Shown piece by piece: positions 9,724 to 19,307 of a DNA stretch of 64,000 bases. Source of the stretch: a phage; the sequence record PZ242158.1. One strand, written 5' to 3'. Made by a program: the position numbers and the translations under genes. Within the stretch, counting starts at the first letter, position 1, and each line of letters starts with the position of its first letter. The notes beneath the pieces are model-generated. The model was not told where the DNA came from. It did not search any database and was given only the letters and a program-made list of their open reading frames with translations.

Positions 9724-10994
9724 TGAGCGTTATTCAACAATTCGCTAACCCGATGAATCCGCGTGAAACTGTTTTACTGGCTCACGGCATGATTAAACGT
9801 GTCAGCATCAAACCTATCAAAGGTGCTGATCCTACAACAGGTATTAAAACCACTGTGTGGCAAGGTAAGAAAATTGAATCCAGCCACACCATCTCTTTAC
9901 TGATTTCTGAACTGGATTCCTCTGATAACCTGCTTCAAGGTGGTGAAGAAGTTTGGATCAGTATGGGTGATAAGCTGCTTAAACCTGGTCATCAAGACTC
10001 TGTCTCTGTTAAAATTGATGACAAGTGGGAAACCGTAACGCCGGGATGGATCGTAAATATCCCTTTGAAGGCAAACGAGCATAACGGTAAGACCTATTAC
10101 AAAGGCTCACTGGCTAAGATGGTCAAACTGGGTGCAGGAGAGGCTCCAGCAGCGACTCAGCAGCAAAAACAGCAACAAGGTGCACAATCACAAGGTCAGA
10201 AGCAGAAACCCCAGCAGAATGCCAATCAGGACGTTTTACGCATCTATGGGGATGTGACTCAGATTGTTGGCAACGTGGTTACTGTAAATGACCACAAGAT
10301 TGGCGAAGGTGCTATGGTTGTAACTGATGAGCAGCTTAAAGACCTGGTGGTAGGTGGTCGTGTTGCAGCCATTGTTGACAAAGACACCGGAAACATTATC
10401 AGTGGTTTCAAAGCCTATCCACCTAAGGCAGAGAACGGCACTCAAGGCTCTGGTGGCAAGCGTAAATCCTCTTACGACCCTATTGGTGTAGAGACGGGGC
10501 ATAGCATCAATGCTTTGCAGATCATCCTGGATCGCGGGTTTAAGGTGGATGACCCACTAAGCGTGGCTAAAACACTGCACGTAGTCACCATTGAGCTTAA
10601 GAAAGAGTATGCTCAAGCCACCAACCGAACTGAAGATGAAGTAGGTGCCAGTGTCGGTAATGCGGTGTTGAACGCTTGTCGCCGTATTGACAAGAAAACG
10701 AAAGTTGATGATTTTGCAGCGGCAATTACTGCAGAAGCAAAAGATGTCTTGACTAATCTGGCTGAGCCGTTGTACGATTGGATCAAGAACGGTGCTGAGT
10801 CCACTGACCATCAAGAACCTCAAGCTGCCAAACAGGAAGCCGCTCCACAGCAAAACACTGTAGACGCTCCTCCTGTAAATGATGAGGAAGATGACCCGAT
10901 GGGTCAGAATCCGGCGCAGTATGACTTCTGTGATGACATACCTTTCGCTCCGGTAGGTTTGCAATATGGCAAAAGTAGAATCCACGCATTGTAA
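9723..10994 (+). CDS. putative single-stranded DNA-binding protein
   Basis: Gln/Gly-rich linker ([20 protein letters not shown]) and acidic C-terminal region containing DFCDDIPF, resembling the SSB C-terminal tail; located in the replication block. Confidence 0.45.
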   Translation: MSVIQQFANPMNPRETVLLAHGMIKRVSIKPIKGADPTTGIKTTVWQGKKIESSHTISLLISELDSSDNLLQGGEEVWISMGDKLLKPGHQDSVSVKIDDKWETVTPGWIVNIPLKANEHNGKTYYKGSLAKMVKLGAGEAPAATQQQKQQQGAQSQGQKQKPQQNANQDVLRIYGDVTQIVGNVVTVNDHKIGEGAMVVTDEQLKDLVVGGRVAAIVDKDTGNIISGFKAYPPKAENGTQGSGGKRKSSYDPIGVETGHSINALQIILDRGFKVDDPLSVAKTLHVVTIELKKEYAQATNRTEDEVGASVGNAVLNACRRIDKKTKVDDFAAAITAEAKDVLTNLAEPLYDWIKNGAESTDHQEPQAAKQEAAPQQNTVDAPPVNDEEDDPMGQNPAQYDFCDDIPFAPVGLQYGKSRIHAL

Positions 10995-11589
10995 GAGGTG
11001 CATCAAGTGCGGAGAGGTGAAAGACCTCTCCGAGTTCTACAAACACCCAAAGATGTCTGACGGTCATCTTAATAAGTGCAAAGAGTGTTGCAAGAAGGCC
11101 AGCAGGGAGGCTGACCAATTTTCCCACGACTCTTCAGAAAAAGGTGTAATACGCGTGCTGTACAAGGCTCAAAAGTGCAACAGCAAGCAAAGAGGTCACC
11201 CGCCTCCGACTTACACCAAAAAAGAGTTTAAGGAGTGGCTATACCTAAACGGTTACAAAGAGTTGTATGATCAGTGGGTAGCCAGCGGATACGACAAAAG
11301 GAAAAAGCCTTCTTGTGACAGGATAGATGATTTCAAAGGGTACTCTTTTGATAATATCCGTTTAACGACTTGGGGAGAAAATAAAGACAAGCAGACAGAG
11401 GATATTCTGTTGCATAGAAGCACCAGCGGTAGACGGTGTAAAAATGTAAGGAGGCTGGACATGAATGGCAACGTTCTTAAAGAATGGGTATCCCACAATT
11501 CTTGTAGAAGAGAAACCGGAATATGTGTTGATTACTACATTCATGAAAAAATTCCAGCCCCAGATGGATACCTCTATGAATACTTTTAG
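10966..11589 (+). CDS. putative HNH-like homing endonuclease with N-terminal zinc-binding motif
   Basis: CKRCIKCG...CKECC zinc-finger-like N-terminus; DRIDD...DNIRL...GEN resembles HNH_3 core with the first His replaced. Confidence 0.4.
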   Translation: MAKVESTHCKRCIKCGEVKDLSEFYKHPKMSDGHLNKCKECCKKASREADQFSHDSSEKGVIRVLYKAQKCNSKQRGHPPPTYTKKEFKEWLYLNGYKELYDQWVASGYDKRKKPSCDRIDDFKGYSFDNIRLTTWGENKDKQTEDILLHRSTSGRRCKNVRRLDMNGNVLKEWVSHNSCRRETGICVDYYIHEKIPAPDGYLYEYF

Positions 11590-11604
11590 CACCTAACTAA
11601 CATA

Positions 11605-11633
11605 GCCCTGCCCGAAAGGGTGGGGCATTTTTG
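11605..11633 (+). terminator. rho-independent terminator
   Basis: GC stem GCCCTGCCC/GGGTGGGGC with GAAA loop followed by ATTTTT. Confidence 0.55.
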
Positions 11634-11651
11634 TATAAGGAGATCTGAAAA

Positions 11652-12068
11652 ATGACATTAGAAGATATCATTGTTAAACCTGAGAACTATGACCAATACA
11701 ACCTGTCAACTCAATCTGTAGACTTTGGATGCGCCACGGTCAGTGCGTGGCTGGTTAACGGAAAAGAGCTGGATAAATGCTTAGAAGCTCACATGTCTAT
11801 TAACAAGTTTCTGGATGAAAATACTCACTGGCTTGAGGGTGCAGGCGTATATGCTTCATGGTTGGAGAGTATGGGATTCGACTACCAATCTGAAGAGGGG
11901 TGGTGGAGCTATTTAGCTATCTGCCCAGAGACGCTGCAATGCTTCATGAAATATTCTGAAGATTTAGAGTATCGCGCTGTGGTTGACAGTGCTATTGCCC
12001 GTTATAGCCGTAAACCTTTTTCCCACGACATTAAAACTGTGGAAGAATTTGTTGAAGTTTTCTGTTGA
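11652..12068 (+). CDS. hypothetical protein
   Basis: AAGGAG RBS; no domain. Confidence 0.55.
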   Translation: MTLEDIIVKPENYDQYNLSTQSVDFGCATVSAWLVNGKELDKCLEAHMSINKFLDENTHWLEGAGVYASWLESMGFDYQSEEGWWSYLAICPETLQCFMKYSEDLEYRAVVDSAIARYSRKPFSHDIKTVEEFVEVFC

Positions 12069-12164
12069 CACAGGTTGAAAGGTGTGCAATTATAACTTCA
12101 TAGAACGGGAGGACGTGATGAACGAAGAAAACTGGGATGTATAACTAACAGGAGGCCACTGCCC

Positions 12165-12362
12165 ATGATTTATAGAATCCGTGTAAGAGAAGATGCACCA
12201 GGTTGTTACTTTGACTGGCGTGGGTGGTGGTTTCTCCACCCGATGGATGGACTCACAGATAGAATGCTGGATGCTGCCCTTTATACAGATACCGATATAG
12301 AATATAATCTCTATCTGAAGGATGGTATAGATAACGGTCTATTTGAAGCAATTCCTGTGTAA
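12165..12362 (+). CDS. hypothetical protein
   Basis: AGGAGG RBS; no domain. Confidence 0.5.
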   Translation: MIYRIRVREDAPGCYFDWRGWWFLHPMDGLTDRMLDAALYTDTDIEYNLYLKDGIDNGLFEAIPV

Positions 12363-12430
12363 GAAACTGTGATAGCCATGTTTTATGATCTTCCTGTAGC
12401 ACCACCACCTGTTGAACCCGGAGAACTAAG

Positions 12431-12856
12431 ATGATCTATGAAATGCCAAAACTGATTCGTGATGATGCCCAAAACGCTCACACCATTATTATGGGCAAAC
12501 GTATGGATATTATTTGTCATAAAGATTTCTGGGAAGGAAGTTACTTCACAGAGTATTTTGGTAAACTGGACAATGGTCTGCTGATCCAGTTCTACACCGA
12601 TGCGGAAAACAACATTCACTGGGAGTTCGAAACTGAAGATATCCATAAACTTTTCACCTTCCTCGGTATTAAGGTTGAGGCCAAGTTTGAAGAAGGTGAG
12701 TGCGACGATTGTGGATTCTATGAGGTAACAGATTTCTACCTTCCAAGTGGTAAAAATCTCTACTACGAAAGCCACTTCGGCAACTCAAATATGCCACAGG
12801 GTTGGGATGAGTTTTTGGAAATTGCAGAAGAGGAGCTGGAATACCGTGATTATTGA
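12431..12856 (+). CDS. hypothetical protein
   Basis: GGAGA RBS; no domain. Confidence 0.55.
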   Translation: MIYEMPKLIRDDAQNAHTIIMGKRMDIICHKDFWEGSYFTEYFGKLDNGLLIQFYTDAENNIHWEFETEDIHKLFTFLGIKVEAKFEEGECDDCGFYEVTDFYLPSGKNLYYESHFGNSNMPQGWDEFLEIAEEELEYRDY

Positions 12857-13304
12857 TACTGTAAAGGGAGATCTAATCTCCATTTTCAAGAAAGGGTCAG
12901 GCCACATGATCCACGGTTGTAACTGCTTTCACACAATGGGTGCAGGTATAGCGAAAGATATTGCCCGTGAGTTCCCTCAAGCACTGGCAGCCGACAAAGA
13001 GACTGCTTATGGTAATCTAGACAAGCTGGGTATGTTTTCTTGTTGGGAGCATTTTGCCAAGGCCAGGGTCGTATATGGAATCAACCTGTATACCCAGTTC
13101 TACCCAGGGCCCAATGCTGAATACTTCTCAATCATGAAAGGTTTTGAGCGAGTCAACGAGGTATTCAAAGGTATGTCATTGCCGTTCTACATTCCTAAAA
13201 TCGGATGCGGTATTGGAGGTCTAAAGTGGAAACATGTAGAAGATGTAATTAATCTTGCAACCACAGATATTGATGTGGTTGTAGTAGAGTACAAAAAGTG
13301 TTGA
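12846..13304 (+). CDS. macrodomain protein (TARG1/DarG-like ADP-ribose hydrolase fold)
   Basis: KGDLISI...HGCNCFHTMGAGIAKDIA matches the TARG1-type HCxS/N...MGAGIA motif; start taken as GTG after GGAG (track ORF begins 12747). Confidence 0.6.
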   Translation: MIIDTVKGDLISIFKKGSGHMIHGCNCFHTMGAGIAKDIAREFPQALAADKETAYGNLDKLGMFSCWEHFAKARVVYGINLYTQFYPGPNAEYFSIMKGFERVNEVFKGMSLPFYIPKIGCGIGGLKWKHVEDVINLATTDIDVVVVEYKKC

Positions 13305-13329
13305 CGACCATCTTCTGAGGTGATATAGT
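13301..13329 (+). promoter_or_regulatory. sigma70-like promoter
   Basis: TTGACG, 17 bp, TATAGT. Confidence 0.4.
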
Positions 13330-13555
13330 TTCCACAACAACTAAGAGAGGAGAGCACTGTGGAGACTAAAATCTTAATTCTTGCTGTGGTAGATACAACC
13401 GAAGGAGCTATATTCGAATCTGCAGGAGGGTATTTCTACCTACCATACGGAAAAAGAACTTCCGAGCCAAGTAAAGATTCAATCCTCAAAGTGTTCCCGT
13501 GTGCTTTCTGGCTGGAGATTTTGGTATAAGATTGCAGATGATTTGGGAGAGAATT

Positions 13556-13750
13556 ATGAGAAACAAGAAAGAACTTTACTCTGGTGAGTGGATCAACGAT
13601 CAACAGGTGGGAGAGGTAACCTGCTTCCGATGTTTTACCAGGTACAATCTTAAAACTGCACCAAAAAGTGTTCCAAAGACTGATGGTTATTATATAAAAG
13701 AACCTCATTGCCCAAAATGTAAATGCCGATTGTACTGGAGCAATCTGTAA
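13556..13750 (+). CDS. small zinc-ribbon protein
   Basis: Internal Met after GGGAGAG RBS; CFRC...CPKCKC motif. Confidence 0.5.
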   Translation: MRNKKELYSGEWINDQQVGEVTCFRCFTRYNLKTAPKSVPKTDGYYIKEPHCPKCKCRLYWSNL

Positions 13751-13754
13751 GAGG

Positions 13755-13782
13755 TTGACATCTGAAAACTGCAGTGTATAAT
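13755..13782 (+). promoter_or_regulatory. sigma70-like promoter
   Basis: TTGACA, 16 bp, TATAAT. Confidence 0.5.
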
Positions 13783-13813
13783 ATACGCATAAACTAACAG
13801 AGAGCGATGTATT

Positions 13814-14005
13814 ATGGTAATTTTTAACCGAGATGGTATCATAGTTAGACAGCACCCGTTCCTTGAATACTATCAAATTGAGCAATGGTGCTACGGGGAT
13901 TGCAGTCACTCCTATGGGCAAAGTTGGGGATACCGTACAGTTTTTGAATCCACAGACCTTGACAAAGTAAGACAGAAAGTTTTAGAACTTATTAACAACA
14001 AGTGA
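13814..14005 (+). CDS. hypothetical protein
   Basis: Short ORF downstream of promoter; no domain. Confidence 0.4.
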   Translation: MVIFNRDGIIVRQHPFLEYYQIEQWCYGDCSHSYGQSWGYRTVFESTDLDKVRQKVLELINNK

Positions 14006-14012
14006 GTATGAT

Positions 14013-14348
14013 ATGGTAACATTGGAAAGACGTAAAGCTATCGCCGCCACACTGGCAGACATCTTTTGGGATTGCAATTTAAAAGATACCCGATATTGTG
14101 GCGCATCTGTAGATGCATTATTCCCACGGCCCACTATTGTTGCAATGGGAAACCTGTCAAACGTGGTGTATGGAGCATGGGACAAAGAAGGTGGATTTTA
14201 TATCTGGCAACCTGACTACGGGACCTGGAAAGAGGTAAGGGGTGCGGATGACTTTGGGCCTGCAGTTGCCAAAACGATGGATGGCTGGCAAATTTATGTT
14301 GGAAATGACATGAAGCTGAAAGGCGAGATTGTTTACTGGTTACCTTAA
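14013..14348 (+). CDS. hypothetical protein
   Basis: ORF in early array; no domain. Confidence 0.5.
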   Translation: MVTLERRKAIAATLADIFWDCNLKDTRYCGASVDALFPRPTIVAMGNLSNVVYGAWDKEGGFYIWQPDYGTWKEVRGADDFGPAVAKTMDGWQIYVGNDMKLKGEIVYWLP

Positions 14349-14368
14349 GAAAGTGCAGGAGATAAAGT

Positions 14369-14614
14369 ATGAACAAAGGGTGGACATTTGTAGACGGCGT
14401 TGAAAACATGCCTCTAGGAAAGTATATTGTAGCCATGGCAGATGAGAATGGTAAGGTAGATTTCGGAGCTTGCGAGATTGTTCTTGCAGGATCTGGTGAC
14501 CATGTGCACAAAACTGGGATAATTAACGGTCATTTCTACTTTGATTACAACCCTGTTGTGGCGTATATGGCTATGCCAGAATTCGAGTTCCCAAAGGAGG
14601 GTGCGGATGTTTAA
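14369..14614 (+). CDS. hypothetical protein
   Basis: AGGAGA RBS; no domain. Confidence 0.5.
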   Translation: MNKGWTFVDGVENMPLGKYIVAMADENGKVDFGACEIVLAGSGDHVHKTGIINGHFYFDYNPVVAYMAMPEFEFPKEGADV

Positions 14615-14804
14615 GCTTAAATCTGCATGGAACATCGCTGTGGGAGACGAGATCCGCATCCCAGGCGGAAAGACAATCATGAAGATATCTCGTATCGAGT
14701 ACGAAGGTGATCGTGTATTCCACATCTTTGCAGAAGATGGTCGAGAAATTTATATACAGGCAGGTTCTCACATTTATATCCGTAAGAAAGGGGACGACAA
14801 ATGA
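14607..14804 (+). CDS. hypothetical protein
   Basis: Internal Met after AAGGAGGG RBS (track ORF begins 14541). Confidence 0.45.
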   Translation: MFKLKSAWNIAVGDEIRIPGGKTIMKISRIEYEGDRVFHIFAEDGREIYIQAGSHIYIRKKGDDK

Positions 14805-15130
14805 CAGAGATCATCATTTCAACTGCAGGGTATGTGTTCCTGACAATCATTGCACTGACTATTTTGGTTACAGTGTATGGGTTTGTTATCCTTCCTATCC
14901 TTGAGACATTTAGTTTGTGTCGGTGTTGGAGAAAAGCTTACGGGCCACAACCGTGGAAGGACTGGCCTCACCTGGTGCGCTTAGCGTTCTCTTATGCTTA
15001 CGATCACTCTAGCAGTGCATGCATAACCGGATACCACGCCCACAATTGGAGCTGGGAAGGGTTGAGGAAGTGGAATGTTACAAAGACTATACCTCTCCGC
15101 ATGTATAAACCTAAAAACAAAGATAGCTGA
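14801..15130 (+). CDS. membrane protein
   Basis: N-terminal hydrophobic span ISTAGYVFLTIIALTILVTVYGFVILPIL; coupled start. Confidence 0.5.
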   Translation: MTEIIISTAGYVFLTIIALTILVTVYGFVILPILETFSLCRCWRKAYGPQPWKDWPHLVRLAFSYAYDHSSSACITGYHAHNWSWEGLRKWNVTKTIPLRMYKPKNKDS

Positions 15131-15730
15131 TACTTGAAAATTTCTGGCATATCAAGTATAAGGGGGATTTCTAAAATGGATTTCCTCCTTTTTGATATTT
15201 CACCAGGCCAGATATTTTAAAATTCTTAGAAAATCAGAAAACGGATAGAAAACTAAAATGGATTTTTCAGGGTAGACACGATGAGCTGAGCCACTCATCC
15301 TATCGTTTGCGTCATATTCCGGGCTACCATTCCAGATTTTCCGCGTATGCTCACACCCTTCTACCAGAACTTTCCCACTCGCCCTTGGCCTTTTATGGCA
15401 ATAATCCAGCCACTATCTTGAAGTTGCGGTACAGCTCTCCAAGTACTCGATCTGTTTTTCGTTTCAAAGATTGAATTTTCTGAAAATTTTTCTCGATAAA
15501 TTTCTCAGTACTCGATCTGTTTTTCGTTTTCTGAATCGGATTTTCTGGAAATCGTTCCAGCTCTCGACCTGAAATTTTTGGGGACGAAATCGATTTTTCG
15601 TTTTCAGAAATGGATTTTTAAAATTTCTATATGGGAATATTTTATGGGATACTGTTTTATAGGAAATTGTTACGGAGGGTAATTAGCATGCTAATTAAAT
15701 TTATTAAATGCGAGGAGTTCTCATTTAGAA

Positions 15731-15807
15731 TTTTGAATGATAATCATTCTCGTTTGCAGAATAACGGGCAGGCCCGGTGATTGTCTCCCGGCCCCTGTTG
15801 CCCCGGC
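15731..15807 (+). repeat. conserved non-coding element, copy A (AATGATAAT...CCGGTGATTGTCTCCC)
   Basis: Shares extended similarity with copy B at 15861..15945 and an inverted copy at 24901..24948. Confidence 0.5.
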
Positions 15808-15860
15808 TTGTTATTATAGTATCACACAGGACAAAGAAAGCAAGGATTTTTTGCATAAAT

Positions 15861-15945
15861 TTTTAAATGATAATGATAACCGTTCTCATTTTATGCAGCG
15901 CCCATCCCCGGTGGTTGTCTCCCCCGTCACCGGTGCCTGCCGTCC
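15861..15945 (+). repeat. conserved non-coding element, copy B
   Basis: AATGATAATGATAAC...CCGGTGGTTGTCTCCCCCGTCACCGGTGCCTGCCGT; followed by ACCTGGCGGGGCC boxes near 15966 and 16032. Confidence 0.5.
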
Positions 15946-16406
15946 TTTCGATAGGCATATTGTGCCACCTGGCGGGGCCGCTGTCAACACTTCTTCAAAA
16001 ATTTTTTCTAACATAATGCACCAACCGCTGCAACCTGGCGGGGCCAGCCTGGCAGGACCTGACTGACCAGGTAGGAGAGAGTGAAAACTTGCAAACCTGG
16101 TAGGCCTATGCTACAGGGCAGGTAACAATTGAAGAGGAGGTACAAAAATGAAAAGTAATATAATCCCCTGGAAAATGTAGCGATCAACGCCGCTGAAGTT
16201 ATCACCCTGGTTGAAAAGGCTATGGCGGGAGCGTTGGAACATAAAGAAGAGTACGAAAAATGATGGTTAACCTGGCAGGGGCGGCGGCTGGAGAATTCTT
16301 CCCAAAAAATAATTCTAACTAATGGTTGACAGCTCGGAGAGTTCTGTTATTCTTATCCTCGCAAGGTGAACAACACCACACTAATTAACAGAGAGGATAA
16401 AAAATC

Positions 16407-16604
16407 ATGAACGCCTACGGAATTAAAGTACGTCGCAACACTCACCAGGCCGTCACCGATCAAATGGTTTGCCAGGTGGACGTAACCATCAACAACGGGC
16501 AAGGCCTTTATAAATTCCGTCGCGGTCAGAGCTATACCCGGCAACAGCTTAATCGTTGCGCCCTGACAAAAGGCCAGATCAACCACTGGTTTAATAAAAA
16601 ATAA
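16407..16604 (+). CDS. hypothetical protein
   Basis: AGAGGA RBS; no domain. Confidence 0.55.
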   Translation: MNAYGIKVRRNTHQAVTDQMVCQVDVTINNGQGLYKFRRGQSYTRQQLNRCALTKGQINHWFNKK

Positions 16605-16607
16605 GTA

Positions 16608-16636
16608 TTGACATATAGTCTGACACCAAATACACT
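16608..16636 (+). promoter_or_regulatory. sigma70-like promoter
   Basis: TTGACA, 17 bp, TACACT. Confidence 0.45.
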
Positions 16637-16668
16637 AAAAGCACAAAAGACACTAAGAGGATAAAATC

Positions 16669-17067
16669 ATGAAAACCACTACCTTTAATTTTGATAATGC
16701 GGACTTTTCTTTTTCTGATGTCAAGAACTGCCGCCGTGATCGTGGATTTTACAAGGCTTATAATCTGGTGGGCCTGGACGATGACAATAATTTGCACGAA
16801 GTAGCTGAGATCCGGTATTATGCCGCCGCCAGTGGTAACACTCACTACTGCGTGTTTTGGATTCACGACAACAAGAACAATAAGTACGGTTATACTGGCG
16901 GCAAGGCGAGCGGTCACGGTTACGATAAAGCTAACGCAGCACTTGAGAGCGCATTAAATGCTATGGGGATCACTGCCGACGGCTGGATCTACGAAGAAGA
17001 GTTTTTGTCGGCACTTGCTGACCACCTGGGCTATAAAAAGCACATTGTGACATGCGCCCACGAATAA
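16669..17067 (+). CDS. hypothetical protein
   Basis: AAGAGGA RBS; no domain. Confidence 0.6.
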   Translation: MKTTTFNFDNADFSFSDVKNCRRDRGFYKAYNLVGLDDDNNLHEVAEIRYYAAASGNTHYCVFWIHDNKNNKYGYTGGKASGHGYDKANAALESALNAMGITADGWIYEEEFLSALADHLGYKKHIVTCAHE

Positions 17068-17073
17068 AAATCA

Positions 17074-17101
17074 TTGACACGCTGCAAAATTTAAGTAAAC
17101 T
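17074..17101 (+). promoter_or_regulatory. sigma70-like promoter followed by 5'-UTR hairpin
   Basis: TTGACA, 16 bp, TAAACT; then GGCGGGAATGTTTCCCGCC stem-loop before the RBS. Confidence 0.5.
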
Positions 17102-17149
17102 AGACACAAAAGGCGGGAATGTTTCCCGCCAACACAAAGGAAAAAGATC

Positions 17150-17554
17150 ATGAATAAGAACGTACGCCGCATCATGAATGAACTGGCAAACGATGAAAAA
17201 ATTATTGACATGCATTTGATCAACATTTGCCGCCGTTGTGTAACATATAACAACCGCGCCGCAAAAGCGCGTGAGATGAACGCAAAAGGCACCTTAAAGC
17301 CATTCCAGGTGGTGGTAAAGGCCATTAAAGATGTAACTAATACGGCAAACCAGGTACAGGGGAGCACCAACGAGAGTACCAATATTGATCCGGCTTACAT
17401 CATGAAACGGATCCGGACCTGCAAGAACAAAGAGCAAGTGTATAATGTCATAGACTGGTTGGATTCTATGGGCGATGTGGTGTACAATAGATTCTCTGCA
17501 GCTATTGAGATCCAGCTTGACAGGTTAGACGGTAAAGTACTTAAAACTTACTAA
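17150..17554 (+). CDS. hypothetical protein
   Basis: AAAGGAAAAA RBS; no domain. Confidence 0.6.
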   Translation: MNKNVRRIMNELANDEKIIDMHLINICRRCVTYNNRAAKAREMNAKGTLKPFQVVVKAIKDVTNTANQVQGSTNESTNIDPAYIMKRIRTCKNKEQVYNVIDWLDSMGDVVYNRFSAAIEIQLDRLDGKVLKTY

Positions 17555-17555
17555 A

Positions 17556-17600
17556 TTTATTTTTAGATGGCCTTGACTCCAGGGCCATCAATAAAGTAAA
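17556..17600 (+). repeat. 44-bp conserved intergenic element, copy 1
   Basis: TTATTTTTAGATGGCCTTGACTCCAGGGCCATCAATAAAGTAAA right after a stop codon; 7-bp inverted repeat GATGGCC/GGCCATC. Confidence 0.6.
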
Positions 17601-17634
17601 TTAATCTCAGCTAAGCGAAAAAGGGGGCTTTAAG

Positions 17635-17754
17635 ATGAGCACTACACGCCAATACACAAAGGTAACTATTATCGCCTGCGTTGTCGGTTACATCCTGGCG
17701 CAAATGTTAATGAGCAGCGCTAACAGTTTTGCAAAATTTTTCTTAAATTTTTAA
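17635..17754 (+). CDS. small hydrophobic peptide (39 aa)
   Basis: AAGGGGG RBS; MSTTRQYTKVTIIACVVGYILAQMLM...; below the ORF-track size cutoff. Confidence 0.4.
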   Translation: MSTTRQYTKVTIIACVVGYILAQMLMSSANSFAKFFLNF

Positions 17755-17782
17755 TTGACAAGCTAACTTAGATTGATATACT
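17755..17782 (+). promoter_or_regulatory. sigma70-like promoter followed by 5'-UTR hairpin
   Basis: TTGACA, 16 bp, TATACT; then CGGGAAAACTTCCC stem-loop. Confidence 0.55.
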
Positions 17783-17833
17783 TAAACACGTAAACGGGAA
17801 AACTTCCCAGAGCACACAAAAGGAGAAAACACC

Positions 17834-18175
17834 ATGACTACTATGACCGCCGCAGAAAAAGCTATTCAGATCGCCGCACTGAAAAAACAGATCGCAGACC
17901 TTGAGAACAAGATCGATAACTTTGAAATCGACGAGGACAAGTACGACGAAAACTATGATGAATGGTTAGACGAGATCTACGGCGAAATTATGATCGGAAA
18001 CATTTCTTTTCTTCCGTCGCGTATCCTCAAGGAGCTAGATCCTATCGCTTACCGCTGCGGATTTAGCGACTACATCGACAGCCTGGATATTGAGGACGAT
18101 GAAGAATACCAGGAATTACAGACAGAGTTAGAAGAAGCAAAAGAAGAGCTTGCAGAACTGGAAGAAAACGAGTAA
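17834..18175 (+). CDS. acidic coiled-coil protein
   Basis: AAGGAGAAAA RBS; Asp/Glu-rich C-terminus. Confidence 0.6.
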   Translation: MTTMTAAEKAIQIAALKKQIADLENKIDNFEIDEDKYDENYDEWLDEIYGEIMIGNISFLPSRILKELDPIAYRCGFSDYIDSLDIEDDEEYQELQTELEEAKEELAELEENE

Positions 18176-18177
18176 GA

Positions 18178-18221
18178 TTATTTTTAGATGGCCTTGACTC
18201 CAGGGCCATCAATAAAGTAAA
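18178..18221 (+). repeat. 44-bp conserved intergenic element, copy 2
   Basis: Identical to copy 1, again directly after a stop codon. Confidence 0.6.
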
Positions 18222-18264
18222 CTTTATACTGTTAACACTGAACTAATGCATAGGAGTTAAAACC

Positions 18265-18510
18265 ATGGCAGCACTAATCACCAAATATTATGCCCCTACC
18301 AACACCAAAAGCGCCCGTATCATGGTAAAAGGCTTCGGACGTAAAAAGGTGTACACCTGGGATTATGCCTTAGACACGGAAGACAACTACACCAACGCGA
18401 TGACCGATTTTATTAATGATCTGAACACGCGGATCTTGACAAATTATAAAATTACCGATATTGCCTATATAGGGGAAGGCGGGATCTGTTTTGTCGGTAT
18501 CGTCAAATAA
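18265..18510 (+). CDS. hypothetical protein
   Basis: TAGGAG RBS; no domain. Confidence 0.6.
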   Translation: MAALITKYYAPTNTKSARIMVKGFGRKKVYTWDYALDTEDNYTNAMTDFINDLNTRILTNYKITDIAYIGEGGICFVGIVK

Positions 18511-18585
18511 GCTGTTTTTTCGGTGGTCCTGGTAGCAGGGCCATCTATAAAGATAGTTTATCAATACAATGAAAGGAGAAAGTAC

Positions 18586-18939
18586 ATGATCAGCGGGGCA
18601 AGTTTTATTATTGGCGCTATTGCTACGGCTTTAATTGTAAACAAGATCCAATCTAAAAACGAAAAAGATAGCAACGCCCTTACAGAATACCCGTTTTGGG
18701 TATTCAACGACAATGAAGACTATATTATCAAGTACAAGAATGAGAAGGGCGACCAGGTAACACCGCGACCGATCCCGGCTTACAAGATGCAAGAAACACT
18801 ATACCGCCTAAAGGCTGGAGGCGCAAAAATCGTAGACTTTTGGGGATACGATCACACAGATCAGGAAGTTATAAAGCGCCGTATCCGGGCTATTCAGGCC
18901 AATATTGAAGTTAGCAAGGGGGGAATATATGAAGATTAA
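18586..18939 (+). CDS. membrane-anchored protein
   Basis: Internal Met after AAGGAGAAAG RBS; N-terminal hydrophobic helix. Confidence 0.55.
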   Translation: MISGASFIIGAIATALIVNKIQSKNEKDSNALTEYPFWVFNDNEDYIIKYKNEKGDQVTPRPIPAYKMQETLYRLKAGGAKIVDFWGYDHTDQEVIKRRIRAIQANIEVSKGGIYED

Positions 18940-19126
18940 TTTTGAGAAGATTGTAAAGCGATCTCATGCTTCCGAAGAGCTGCCGGAACGCCGCCAGCGC
19001 AACAATAAACTGAATAAGCCAAAAAGATTTGGGAAGATCTGGCGAAATCATTATGATCGCAAATTACCGGGCCTGCTTTTGGAACGTGAACGACAGGCGG
19101 AACGATACCGCCACAAAGGCAAATAA
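18929..19126 (+). CDS. small basic protein
   Basis: Internal Met; Arg/Lys-rich. Confidence 0.45.
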   Translation: MKINFEKIVKRSHASEELPERRQRNNKLNKPKRFGKIWRNHYDRKLPGLLLERERQAERYRHKGK

Positions 19127-19134
19127 CAACCAAC

Positions 19135-19163
19135 GCCCCGCCATTGTGCGGGGCTTTTTATTT
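19135..19163 (+). terminator. rho-independent terminator
   Basis: GCCCCGC-CATTGT-GCGGGGC stem-loop followed by TTTTTATTT. Confidence 0.7.
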
Positions 19164-19307
19164 CTATCCTACGAATAGCGCCCCCGGTTGGCCCTGTAAG
19201 CGCCAAAAAGGCCCCACCTATGCAATCGCCCCCCTTTAACCTGAAAACATCGCTTAGGGCCGTTTTATGGCGTTAAAAATATCATTGACAGTGATTTTAT
19301 TTAAAGC

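Noticed and set aside
15737-16205. ORF-track ORFs 15737..16066 (+, 109 aa) and 16008..16205 (-, 65 aa) inside the repeat island
   Set aside because: Low-complexity Pro/Gly/Ala-rich translations generated by reading through GC-rich repeat elements; no RBS; they overlap the conserved non-coding repeats.
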